The notes beneath the pieces are model-generated. The model worked only from the letters and a program-made list of their open reading frames with translations. It made no database searches and had not been told where the DNA came from. A stretch of DNA of 64,000 bases from Muribaculaceae bacterium (GTDB lineage: Bacteria > Bacteroidota > Bacteroidia > Bacteroidales > Muribaculaceae): NCBI GenBank assembly GCA_045637445.1, contig JAZTZN010000001.1, positions 6,693 through 70,692 on the forward strand, read 5' to 3'. Both the position numbers and the translations under genes were made by a program. Below are positions 9,234-18,735 of the stretch, one piece after another; position 1 is the stretch's first letter; each line of letters starts with the position of its first letter.

Positions 9234-12233
9234 ATGAAAAAAACATATTATTTGATTACACTTTTACTCGTCTTTTTGATGGCATGCGAAGACGACTTGC
9301 ACTACGATAAGGAGCAGGAAGACAAAGCAGACAATTTTATCGGTCAAATGTGCTCGTTGAAATTCGACATTCCCATGGAAGGGTTTGAGGAGCGAGAAGC
9401 TGTGCTCTACATTTCAGCACCTGATGGTTCGGTGATTACGCGCAAATGCAGCCACAGTCGCGAGAATGGTGTTTCAACCATTCTGCTTGAAAAGGGGCTC
9501 AAAGACGGCATCTATCGCCTACTTTATTTGGAATACAATCTTCCGAAGCCGTTAGACAACGGACGCATCACAAAAGGCACTTTCGGGTTAGGATGCCAAA
9601 TCGGAGTGAAAGATTTGACATTTGACATTCATGATTCATACAATAGAGATATGGAAATGTTTGGCGAAGGAACCGAAGAAAAGCCTTTCATTATTGCCAG
9701 CGACGACAATGTGCGAACACTCGCAAAGAAAGTCAACGACTCACGCTACAATGAGATTATTTCGACAAAAACATTCTTCAAACAATATGCCGACATCGAT
9801 TTGAGCGGCAAGTCATTCGATTGCGACAACATACAAGGATGGAGCCCTATTGGCACGAATAACACTGTGCCTTTCAGAGGCGTTTATGATGGTGGCAACA
9901 AATTAATTAAAGGTCTTAATATTGAACGCTACCAAGATAATGGTGTCGGTCTTTTCGGCTTCACTGTCGGTGCATACATCAAGAATGTGCGTATCGGTAG
10001 TTGCAATGTCAAAGGCAATGTGGCGGTCGGAGCTCTCATCGGCTCAATCACTACCGCAGGAGGCAAACTCACTTGCACAGTAGTCGATAGTTGCAAACTC
10101 GAAACGGGAGCAAATATCAACGGAACGGGAGCAAAAGGCGGGCTATCGACAGGTGGTTTGATTGGCAACATCGACATGAATGCGAAGGCCATTATTAATG
10201 CTTGTGCCACCGACACCGGCGTCAATGTTTCATCTTGTTTCAACGCCGGAGGCATCGTCGGCACGACGTCGATTTATTCGGCTTTAGTCATGAGCAATTG
10301 CATCAATAGAGCAAAAGTCACATCGCAGTATTCCGGATGTGGAGGCATGATTGCATCAGGCGACACTATAATGATGTCAAATTGTCAAAATTATGGCGAC
10401 ATCATCGGTTCGACGCTTTACAGCAAAGGATCTGAAGGAGCCGGCATCGGCACCGGAGGACTTATCGGCGGCAGTGGCATTGCTGTAATCACATCGTCAG
10501 TAAATCATGGTAATATCGAAGGTAAAGAAGGCGTCGGAGGCATTATTGGCAGTACTCGCATCAATGGCAGCGACGAAGAAGGATACATCTACAACAATGT
10601 GACAGTGTTGTATTGTGGCAACGAGGGCAGAATAAGCGGTGAACGTTCGGTCGGAGGTATTTGTGGAGAAGCCCAATTCGGATCTTACGGATCATACAAC
10701 ACCGGCGAAATCTCCGGTGGCATACACACCGGTGGTATTGCCGGTAGCACAGCAATCTCTGTGGTGCATAATACTGTCAATACAGGCACGATTAGCGGTG
10801 ATCAATACACAGGCGGCATCGTCGGTAAAACTAATTTCGGACAACTTGCCATCAACCACAACTATGGCACAGTGAAAGGATCCGGCAGTCATGCAGGTGG
10901 CATCTTGGCATTGGGCAGCAACAACACCATGATCAACTATTGTGGTAATCATGGTCCTGTCTCAGCCGGTGGCGACGGTCCTGTCGGGGGGATAGTCGGC
11001 GAAATCGGCGACCCAAGCGATTGGGATCTCATGAACACTGCCGATTGCATTATCGGCTCAGTTGAAATTATAAGCGGTATATTTAGTTGTGGCTTCGCTT
11101 ACTATACTAAGAAAAATGGCAAAGAGCCCAAAAAAGTCTTATTGAGAATTCAAAACAGCATCGACCACCCATTGCTTATTGTTGACTCATTCTTTTGGGG
11201 TTGGTCTGTTTATGATATGGCGACATTCGATTGGTCGGAAAAACTTAATCTTTCGATTAAAGAATTTGCTATCAGTAGTGCTGAATCAATTAAAACGAAG
11301 CTGAACTCTTTGCGAAGGGAATATGGCAATTTTTCTGTCTCTCCGTTCTATTCGGAAGCTTTCAGTTCGGACTATCTAAATAATGTCGAAGCGTTAGAGG
11401 ATTACTATTCATATTCTGATGCAAACGCAGAAAACTTCAACAATAATATTAACCAATCACGCTATAACAGAGCAAAAAAACTTGAAAAGTTCAGCATAGG
11501 AATGGAAGCAACCCATGCCACTATTGCCGGAATATGTATTATAGGAGGTTTTATTGCAGCCATTGGAGCAGGTTTTGTCACAGGAGGAACAGCCCCAGCT
11601 GCATATCTCATGGCTGTCGGTGGCATATCATCTATCATCGGAGGTGCCAACACTATTTGGAAAACGACTACCGACTTTGAAGAAAATGCAGTCATAATAT
11701 CTCAATGCGTCAACACAGGCTACATCGAATCAGCCAACAATTATAGCAGCAAAGCAGGCGGCATCGTCGGTCTGCTCCACGACTATAGCATCATTCGTGA
11801 CTGTCTCAACTCAGGCAACGGCAACAATTCAAAAGGTGGCGGTCATTTTGCCGGCACGACAAAGGTCCGCACACAAGTCAACAACTCATTGACAATAGCC
11901 AACATCTACGGGTGGTATGACATTTTTGATGACACTCCACCTCTGGGGTCTTACAAAGCAAAAAATCTGTACTATTGTTCAAATAGCGAAAACCAAACAT
12001 CTGTGCCTACTATCACTATGTCGGCGCAACACAAGCCGAGCAAATATGCCGACGGACTTAGCAATGACGAAGTGGAAGACCAAAGCAGCTACAAAAATTG
12101 GGATTTCACCAATCGTTGGATAATACCTGCCAAATCCGGCTCTTTCCCTATTCCGTATAAGTCTGAATATCAATCACCCTACGAAGAAGATTCCGACAAA
12201 GACTATCCTTCGGAAGATGAATGGTCGGAATAG
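9234..12233 (+). CDS. large surface lipoprotein with GLUG-type (GGI[VI]G) beta-helix repeats and an internal hydrophobic glycine-zipper insert
   Basis: Lipobox LVFLMAC followed by an acidic run (CEDDLHYDKEQEDK) consistent with a Bacteroidetes surface-export signal. At least 12 repeats of the type N.G.I.G...VGGI(I/V)G. C-terminal YKNWDFTNRWIIP motif. The repeat-free insert spans about 11040-11690. Confidence 0.8.
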   Translation: MKKTYYLITLLLVFLMACEDDLHYDKEQEDKADNFIGQMCSLKFDIPMEGFEEREAVLYISAPDGSVITRKCSHSRENGVSTILLEKGLKDGIYRLLYLEYNLPKPLDNGRITKGTFGLGCQIGVKDLTFDIHDSYNRDMEMFGEGTEEKPFIIASDDNVRTLAKKVNDSRYNEIISTKTFFKQYADIDLSGKSFDCDNIQGWSPIGTNNTVPFRGVYDGGNKLIKGLNIERYQDNGVGLFGFTVGAYIKNVRIGSCNVKGNVAVGALIGSITTAGGKLTCTVVDSCKLETGANINGTGAKGGLSTGGLIGNIDMNAKAIINACATDTGVNVSSCFNAGGIVGTTSIYSALVMSNCINRAKVTSQYSGCGGMIASGDTIMMSNCQNYGDIIGSTLYSKGSEGAGIGTGGLIGGSGIAVITSSVNHGNIEGKEGVGGIIGSTRINGSDEEGYIYNNVTVLYCGNEGRISGERSVGGICGEAQFGSYGSYNTGEISGGIHTGGIAGSTAISVVHNTVNTGTISGDQYTGGIVGKTNFGQLAINHNYGTVKGSGSHAGGILALGSNNTMINYCGNHGPVSAGGDGPVGGIVGEIGDPSDWDLMNTADCIIGSVEIISGIFSCGFAYYTKKNGKEPKKVLLRIQNSIDHPLLIVDSFFWGWSVYDMATFDWSEKLNLSIKEFAISSAESIKTKLNSLRREYGNFSVSPFYSEAFSSDYLNNVEALEDYYSYSDANAENFNNNINQSRYNRAKKLEKFSIGMEATHATIAGICIIGGFIAAIGAGFVTGGTAPAAYLMAVGGISSIIGGANTIWKTTTDFEENAVIISQCVNTGYIESANNYSSKAGGIVGLLHDYSIIRDCLNSGNGNNSKGGGHFAGTTKVRTQVNNSLTIANIYGWYDIFDDTPPLGSYKAKNLYYCSNSENQTSVPTITMSAQHKPSKYADGLSNDEVEDQSSYKNWDFTNRWIIPAKSGSFPIPYKSEYQSPYEEDSDKDYPSEDEWSE

Positions 12234-12287
12234 AACTATACGAATGAATAACAAACCGATTAATCACTTATAAACAACACATAATAT

Positions 12288-15206
12288 ATGAAACTATTCT
12301 TAAAATTTGCTCTTATCATAATGGTGGGTATGACCTCAGCATTAATGTCATGCTCCGACGACTCTGATTATCTTGAAAACAGCGCAGGCTCGACACTTGA
12401 ACATAGTGGAGAATACCGAATTTCCAAGTTCAAAATCGAAAGTCACTGGTTGAGGATTAACGGGATAATTGACAATTTCAAAATAAAACTCATCCAACTC
12501 GATGGCGCTTCTATCGAAGAATTTGATGCCAAGACAGCAATTGCCAAAGACAAACTCGAAATCGCCATCAACATCCCAAACCACAAAAGACTCAATGATG
12601 GCAAATATGCAATGATAGCATTCCATGAGGGCAAAATGATACCCCACCGAATGATAACGCATTTTGCAGACGAAATGCTTGTCAACGCATCTTTAGCAAA
12701 TGCTGATTACGAAAAGCATTTAGAGGGCAGCGGATCCGAAGAAGAGCCGTTTGAAATCCGATTTAATGCAGGGCTCGACACTCTTTGCAAATTGCTCTAC
12801 AACGATGACTCCAAAGCAGCCGGACTCCACTTCAAACAGATGACCAACATCACACTTAATCAGCAAGGAGACGCTTCTGATGATTGGGGACACGCCAATC
12901 AATCGTTTGCCGGCAACTATGATGGCAATGGAAAGACTATCGACAACCTAACCCACATCGGCAATGGGACATCTGACTACGACTGCAATATCGGACTTTT
13001 CAACACTCTTTGCAATGGTGCCGTTGTCAAAAATCTTAAAATCGAATTAGGCACCTGCCGAGGTATTAAAGAAAATTTCGGAGCTGTCGCTGGATGTGCT
13101 AAAGGGACAATCACCATTGATAATGTCGATGTAAAAGGCTCGGTCACAGGCACAGGTAAAAACATCGGAGGACTGATAGGTTATGCCGGAGAATATGGCA
13201 CTGTAATCAACATTAGTGATATCGACATTGAAGTGGGATTTTTCGATTTTACTGAAAATGTCGGTGGCATAATCGGCTGCATCGAAAACTCAGAGATAAC
13301 CATCAACAAGGTTCGCACATTCGATAATTCATTTACATTTCATGGCAAGCGAAATATTGGCGGCATAATCGGTTACACACATAATACTACAGCAAATATT
13401 ACGGATTGTAACATCGAGCACACCACCAGCACATCAAACGACAATGTACTGATTTCTGCCACAGAAAGTAATGGAGGGGGCATAATCGGGAAAATATCTG
13501 CTTCTACGGTAAATATCAAAAACAGCAGCGTATATTGCCCTGTCGGTGGATCCGGCGAATATATAGGAGAAAACATCGGTGGACTCATCGGCTATCAGGG
13601 TGGTGTTTTCCTTACTACTATCTCAAAATGCTACGTTGCCGGTAAAGTCATGGGCAACAAGAATGTCGGTGGCATGATCGGACAAACAGATAATACTATT
13701 ACCAAATTTACAAACGATAGCCAAATGGCAACATTTGAAGAAACCGGCATCGGCGTCTATGGAAATGAAAATATTGGTGGCATTGTGGGCTATATCAATG
13801 ATTCGAATTTGGAATTAGAAGGCACAGTAACATCTTATACAAATGTCATCGGCAAAAGACAAAATACCGGGGGATTCGCAGGGCTTGTCAAAAACTCCGA
13901 CCTTAACCTTTGGAATTTCAATCAGACAGACCAAAGCACAATGAGTGTCACCGGAGTGGACTACGTCGGTGGACTCGTCGGACAAATCACCGAACAATCC
14001 CTAATCACAAGCAACAACGATAAGACAGCAGATAGCAATACTATTCCTTCCCCATCAGAATTTAATCCTGACTTTTCAGGAGTAGTCACAGGAGCAAACC
14101 ATGTCGGTGGTGCTGTGGGAAGTGTCAACAATTCAAGCCTATCGAATTTATGTATCAGTGCTACAGTGACCGGCAACGGGACCCATGTCGGTGGCATCGC
14201 AGGAAGTCTTTTATTTGCATCATCGGGCGAAGAAAATGTCTATGGTGTCAAATCAATGGGAGAAATTAAGAACCCTAATGGTGAACGCACAGGCGGTGTA
14301 GCCGGTTCTATCGATGGAAAAGGAAGCATTTCATTCAGCATTAACTATGCTATTGTGGAGGGAGGAAAACACTCCGGAGGCATCGTAGGATACACCGATT
14401 TCAAAGACCAAGCTCCGGAGATTATGTACAACTATAATGTCGGCAACGTTTCAGGCTATCTGACAGCAGGAGGAATTGTCGGACACGCCACAAGCAACGA
14501 TGGTATATGGTTTGAAATAACTTGCTGCAGCAACTTTGGCAACATCAGTTGCGCAGGAGGATCCGGCGATGTCAACAATTGGTGGGGACTTGGAGGTATT
14601 CTCGGCTCTTGCGACCACAAAAAAATCAAAATCACTAATAGCTCCAACCATGGCGAAATCAAAGGAACCAGCAATTCATTCCATGGCGTAGGAGGCATCG
14701 CCGGAGTTATGGGCAATGACCCGGGCGGAGCTCGCGAATCCGACAACCTTTACCTATACTCTTGTGCCAACTACGGAAACATTTCATCGACAGGAGGTTG
14801 GGTCGGCGGCATACTTGGCTTCCAAGAAGAAGGCGAAGAAGGTAAGAATGACGGTAACTCTGTGGTGGAAGACTGCATCAACCATGGTCAAATCACTGAT
14901 GGCGGTGGCATCATCGGATTTGTCGATCACTACTCACAACAACGCAGATGTATCAACTTCGGTAAAATCAATGGTGGCGATGCACTCGTCGATAAAGAAA
15001 AAGACGGAGCTGTCACTCACCAACACGATCTATACTACCACGTCACAAGTGGTACCGACTCTTGGGGCGAATCGTTCACGTCAGAAGAGCAAAACAAGCA
15101 AAGCACATTCTCCAACTTCGACTTCACCAATGTATGGAGATTAGACGCAGGCGACCCATATCCAATCCTGCGAAATTGCTTCGGACAAGATGCCCAAAAG
15201 CCTTAA
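12288..15206 (+). CDS. large surface lipoprotein with GLUG-type beta-helix repeats (paralogue of the upstream gene)
   Basis: Lipobox SALMSC plus an acidic run (CSDDSDYLEN). Many repeats of ..NIGG(L/I)IGY.., ..HVGGIAGS.. and ..SGGIVGY... C-terminal FSNFDFTNVWRLD motif. Starts 54 nt after the previous gene and is followed by a strong terminator. Confidence 0.8.
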   Translation: MKLFLKFALIIMVGMTSALMSCSDDSDYLENSAGSTLEHSGEYRISKFKIESHWLRINGIIDNFKIKLIQLDGASIEEFDAKTAIAKDKLEIAINIPNHKRLNDGKYAMIAFHEGKMIPHRMITHFADEMLVNASLANADYEKHLEGSGSEEEPFEIRFNAGLDTLCKLLYNDDSKAAGLHFKQMTNITLNQQGDASDDWGHANQSFAGNYDGNGKTIDNLTHIGNGTSDYDCNIGLFNTLCNGAVVKNLKIELGTCRGIKENFGAVAGCAKGTITIDNVDVKGSVTGTGKNIGGLIGYAGEYGTVINISDIDIEVGFFDFTENVGGIIGCIENSEITINKVRTFDNSFTFHGKRNIGGIIGYTHNTTANITDCNIEHTTSTSNDNVLISATESNGGGIIGKISASTVNIKNSSVYCPVGGSGEYIGENIGGLIGYQGGVFLTTISKCYVAGKVMGNKNVGGMIGQTDNTITKFTNDSQMATFEETGIGVYGNENIGGIVGYINDSNLELEGTVTSYTNVIGKRQNTGGFAGLVKNSDLNLWNFNQTDQSTMSVTGVDYVGGLVGQITEQSLITSNNDKTADSNTIPSPSEFNPDFSGVVTGANHVGGAVGSVNNSSLSNLCISATVTGNGTHVGGIAGSLLFASSGEENVYGVKSMGEIKNPNGERTGGVAGSIDGKGSISFSINYAIVEGGKHSGGIVGYTDFKDQAPEIMYNYNVGNVSGYLTAGGIVGHATSNDGIWFEITCCSNFGNISCAGGSGDVNNWWGLGGILGSCDHKKIKITNSSNHGEIKGTSNSFHGVGGIAGVMGNDPGGARESDNLYLYSCANYGNISSTGGWVGGILGFQEEGEEGKNDGNSVVEDCINHGQITDGGGIIGFVDHYSQQRRCINFGKINGGDALVDKEKDGAVTHQHDLYYHVTSGTDSWGESFTSEEQNKQSTFSNFDFTNVWRLDAGDPYPILRNCFGQDAQKP

Positions 15207-15228
15207 TAACACAGCAATACAACAATCA

Positions 15229-15275
15229 GAGAGGATGCAAGCGACATTGGTTTGCATCCTCTCAAGCATATTTTT
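15229..15275 (+). terminator. rho-independent (bidirectional) terminator between the GLUG operon and cdd
   Basis: Perfect 12-bp stem gagaggatgcaa (15229-15240) pairs with ttgcatcctctc (15252-15263) across an 11-nt loop. A T-run follows at 15271-15275. Confidence 0.75.
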
Positions 15276-15294
15276 ACAGTTCTACGATAAGAGG

Positions 15295-15765
15295 TTAAAA
15301 CTCTTTGAAGCAGAGTGGCAATAATGAAGCTACTGATGGCAAAATGTAGATTTCTTCTTTGCCATAAAGGATTACTTCAATCGGGGTCTTATAAAGCGTT
15401 TCGTATTCGAGCAAGGCTTGTCGGCAGGCACCGCATGGAGAAATCGGGAGTCGCTGAAAATCGCCGTTTGTAAAAGCCGCAACAGCTATTTTCTTAAAAG
15501 GAGTGTTTGGGAAGACGGCACCGGCATGATAGCATGCTGCACGCTCTGCACATGTTCCTGACGGGAAGGCTGCATTCTCTTGATTGGCGCCGACTGCTAT
15601 TTCTCCGTTTTCGAGCAAAATTGCCGCACCCACTTTGAATTGGGAATAAGGCGCGTAAGAGCCTTTTGTCGCGTCTTTTGCCGCATCGACAAGGCGTCGA
15701 TCTTCGGCACTCAACTCATCGTAGCCGACTGAACGCACAAGCGTTGTAATATTTATCTCTTTCAT
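15295..15765 (-). CDS. cdd: cytidine deaminase
   Basis: Zinc-binding motifs CAERAA and PCGACRQ. The track start at 15774 is a TTG, so I use the ATG at 15765 (MKEINITT...). Confidence 0.85.
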   Translation of the reverse strand: MKEINITTLVRSVGYDELSAEDRRLVDAAKDATKGSYAPYSQFKVGAAILLENGEIAVGANQENAAFPSGTCAERAACYHAGAVFPNTPFKKIAVAAFTNGDFQRLPISPCGACRQALLEYETLYKTPIEVILYGKEEIYILPSVASLLPLCFKEF

Positions 15766-15830
15766 ATAAGTCAAAAAAATTATTTGTGTGTAAAGTTACA
15801 ACAAATAATCGAGAGATTTTTTCTTTATAC

Positions 15831-15863
15831 TAAAAAAAGAGGATCGCATTAAGCAATCCTCTT
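15831..15863 (-). terminator. rho-independent terminator after the 2-oxoacid:ferredoxin oxidoreductase operon
   Basis: Stem aagaggat (15837-15844) pairs with atcctctt (15856-15863). The plus-strand A-run at 15832-15838 gives a U-run on the minus transcript. Confidence 0.7.
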
Positions 15864-15892
15864 AAGTATGTTGTTAAAAATACTGACAAATA

Positions 15893-16432
15893 TTATTTCA
15901 CCAAAGAGCGACCCTTTTCGATAGCAGCTTCGTTGAGTGGAATAAGTTTGTGGTGACGTTCAGGAAGAGACTTTTGAAGACCCTTGATAACGTTTTCCAT
16001 AGGCAACTTATAGTCCATTACTTCGAGCAAAGCACCCATGATGACCATGTTGTAAGTCTTAGAGTTACCCATTTCCATGCAAGCACGAGTAGCCTCAACG
16101 CGTACAACGCGAATATCGTCGCGAGTAGGTAGGTTGTTGATACCGTTAGCATCATAGATAAGGATACCACCCTTCTTTACTTTTGGTTCGAATTTGTCGA
16201 GAGATTGTTGGTTGAGCACTACAGCGATGTCGAATGAATCGAGGATAGGTGATGAAATCTTTTCGTCAGAAAGGATCACAGTCACGTTAGCAGTACCACC
16301 ACGTTGTTCAGGACCGTAAGAAGGCATCCAAGTGACTTCTTTGTCGTCCATAAGGCCTGAGTAAGCCAAAATCTTACCCATAGAAAGGACACCCTGTCCT
16401 CCGAAGCCTGCAATGATTATTTCTTCTTTCAT
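15893..16432 (-). CDS. 2-oxoacid:ferredoxin oxidoreductase, gamma subunit
   Basis: N-terminal IIIAGFGGQGVLSMGKILA motif typical of the OFOR gamma subunit. Last gene of the four-gene operon. Confidence 0.85.
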   Translation of the reverse strand: MKEEIIIAGFGGQGVLSMGKILAYSGLMDDKEVTWMPSYGPEQRGGTANVTVILSDEKISSPILDSFDIAVVLNQQSLDKFEPKVKKGGILIYDANGINNLPTRDDIRVVRVEATRACMEMGNSKTYNMVIMGALLEVMDYKLPMENVIKGLQKSLPERHHKLIPLNEAAIEKGRSLVK

Positions 16433-16453
16433 TGTTTTGTCTGTTTTAATGGA

Positions 16454-17215
16454 TTAAAGATTTTTGAGGTCTCCAAGAGGATATTTCGGGAACATGTTTT
16501 CCACCATCCATTCGTTAGCCTTTTCAGGGCTTAGTTTCCAACCTGAGTTACAAGTAGAAACTACTTCTACTACAGAAGTACCCTTCTTAGCGAGAGCGTT
16601 TTCGAATGCTTTCTTAAGAGCTGCTTTAGTCTTGCGAACAGCTGCTGCAGTGTGAACTGATTGGCGTGTTACGTAGCAAGTACCGTCAAGTTCTTTAAGA
16701 AGGTTAGTGATTTCAAGTGGGTGACCGTTAAGATCCACACGACGACCGTAAGGGCTTGTAGCAGTCTTTTGACCAAGAAGTGTTGTTGGCGCCATTTGAC
16801 CACCTGTCATACCATAGATAGCGTTGTTAACGAAGATCATAACGATGTTTTCGCCACGGTTGGCAGCGTGGATAGTTTCTGCTGTACCGATTGCCGACAT
16901 GTCGCCGTCACCTTGATAAGTGAAGACTGCTTTGTCAGGGTAAAGACGGTTAAGAGCTGTAGCGACTGCAGGTGCACGACCGTGAGCTGCTTCTACCCAG
17001 TCAACGTCGATGTAGTTGTATGCGAATACAGCACAACCTACTGGAGACACACCGATTGTCTTTTCTGTAAGACCCATTTCTGCAACCACTTCAGCCACAA
17101 GTTTGTGGATTACACCGTGGGAGCAACCCGGGCAATAGTGCATGTGCACTTCGTTGAGAAGTTCAGGCTTTGAGTAAACCTTATTCTCCGGGCGGATTAT
17201 ATCATTGATTTCCAT
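16454..17215 (-). CDS. 2-oxoacid:ferredoxin oxidoreductase, beta (TPP-binding) subunit
   Basis: CPGC Cys motif near the N-terminus and the TPP-binding GDGD...NN segment (YQGDGDMSAIG...FVNNAIYGMTGGQ). Confidence 0.85.
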   Translation of the reverse strand: MEINDIIRPENKVYSKPELLNEVHMHYCPGCSHGVIHKLVAEVVAEMGLTEKTIGVSPVGCAVFAYNYIDVDWVEAAHGRAPAVATALNRLYPDKAVFTYQGDGDMSAIGTAETIHAANRGENIVMIFVNNAIYGMTGGQMAPTTLLGQKTATSPYGRRVDLNGHPLEITNLLKELDGTCYVTRQSVHTAAAVRKTKAALKKAFENALAKKGTSVVEVVSTCNSGWKLSPEKANEWMVENMFPKYPLGDLKNL

Positions 17216-17240
17216 TGATTTCGATTAGGTTAGGGATTAA

Positions 17241-18323
17241 TTATTTGATTAATTTTTCCTGCAATGCTACAAGCACTTCATCCGGGCTTGGGATGATACC
17301 GCCAAGGCGACCGAAGTGTTCAACAGGAAGTGAGTCATGAACAGCAAGACGTACGTCTTCGATCATTTGACCGGCGTTAAGCTCTACGCAGAGAACGCCT
17401 TTCTTGCCTTGAGCTGCTTTTTCGATAGCTGCTGTTGGGAATGGCCAAAGTGTAATCGGACGGAGGATACCCACCTTGATGCCTTTTTCTGCTGCCAATT
17501 CTTTTGCTTTTGTACAGATACGTGCTACTGAACCAAATGCTACGATCAAGTAGTCTGCGCCTTCAACGTCGATTTCTTCCCAACGTGTTTCGTTCTTTTC
17601 GATTTCACGATAGCGAGCTTGGAGACGTTCGTTGATAACTTCCATCTTAGCTGATTCGAGCTCCAAAGAAGTCACTACGTTGCGAGGGCGAAGGTCTTTA
17701 CGGCCGTTAGTAGCCCATGGGCATTGTTTGCGGATTTCTTCTTCTGTACGACGTGGGCGTTGCTCCGGAAGCACTACCTTTTCCATCATCTGACCTACTA
17801 CACCGTCAGCGAGGATCATTGCTGGGTTAGTGTATTTGAATGCCAAGTCGAAACCGAGAGTTACGAAGTCAACCATTTCTTGCACTGTAGAAGGAGCAAG
17901 CACGATCATGTGATAGTCACCATGACCACCGCCCTTACATGATTGGAAATAGTCGGCTTGTGATGGTTGGATTGTACCAAGACCCGGTCCCCCACGAGAT
18001 ACGTTTACGATCAATGCAGGCAATTCTGATGCTGCAATGTATGAAATACCTTCTTGCTTAAGGCTGACACCTGGGCTTGATGATGATGTCATAACAGCTT
18101 TACCTGAAGCAGCTCCACCATATACCATGTTGATCGCTGCAACTTCAGACTCTGCCTGTAACACTACCATACCGGTTGTTTCCCATGGCATTTCCTCTTC
18201 AAGAGTTTCAAGCACCTCTGATTGAGGTGTGATAGGATAACCGAAGTATCCGTCACATCCGTAGCGGATTGCTGCGTGTGCGATAGCTTCGTTACCCTTC
18301 ATTAGTCTAACCTCTTCTTTCAT
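17241..18323 (-). CDS. vorB: 2-oxoacid:ferredoxin oxidoreductase, alpha subunit (VorB/KorA type)
   Basis: MKGNEAIAHAAIRYGCDGYFGYPITPQSE is the classical N-terminus of the OFOR alpha subunit. Substrate specificity (2-ketoisovalerate versus 2-oxoglutarate) cannot be decided by eye. Confidence 0.8.
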   Translation of the reverse strand: MKEEVRLMKGNEAIAHAAIRYGCDGYFGYPITPQSEVLETLEEEMPWETTGMVVLQAESEVAAINMVYGGAASGKAVMTSSSSPGVSLKQEGISYIAASELPALIVNVSRGGPGLGTIQPSQADYFQSCKGGGHGDYHMIVLAPSTVQEMVDFVTLGFDLAFKYTNPAMILADGVVGQMMEKVVLPEQRPRRTEEEIRKQCPWATNGRKDLRPRNVVTSLELESAKMEVINERLQARYREIEKNETRWEEIDVEGADYLIVAFGSVARICTKAKELAAEKGIKVGILRPITLWPFPTAAIEKAAQGKKGVLCVELNAGQMIEDVRLAVHDSLPVEHFGRLGGIIPSPDEVLVALQEKLIK

Positions 18324-18377
18324 ATTCTGTGTTTCTTGTGTTAGCTTGTTAGGTAATTTTGTTGTTAAAAACTTTGT

Positions 18378-18611
18378 TTAATCGTCGATTTTCACGCGAT
18401 AAACTTCGATACATGCGTCAGGACACACCATTGCACATGTTGTACATCCTGTACATGACTCAGGATTTGCCATATAGGCATAGTGATAACCACGGTCATT
18501 GACCTCATTTGGTTGCAATGAGAGAGTGTTTGTGGGGCATGCCACCACGCAAAGGTTACATCCTTTGCATCTCTCAACGTTTACTGTAATTGCTCCTTGT
18601 ATTTTTGCCAT
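18378..18611 (-). CDS. 4Fe-4S dicluster ferredoxin (OFOR delta subunit)
   Basis: Two CxxCxxCxxxCP motifs (CKGCNLCVVACP and CTGCTTCAMVCP) in 77 aa. First gene of the operon. Confidence 0.85.
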   Translation of the reverse strand: MAKIQGAITVNVERCKGCNLCVVACPTNTLSLQPNEVNDRGYHYAYMANPESCTGCTTCAMVCPDACIEVYRVKIDD

Positions 18612-18735
18612 ATTAGAGTTGATTTAATAGATTTGACAAAATTAATACTTTTTTTCAAATAAAAACGAATTATTTCGAGATTTATTTTTTATGTTTAAAA
18701 ACATAAATTTAACATTATGCTGTGTAGCCCATTTA

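Noticed and set aside
16661-17173. 170-aa plus-strand ORF antisense to the OFOR beta subunit, and similar antisense ORFs at 7606-8082, 42477-42995 and 44624-44989
   Set aside because: All are shadow ORFs opposite strongly supported genes. Their translations are Cys/His/Thr-rich without domain signatures.
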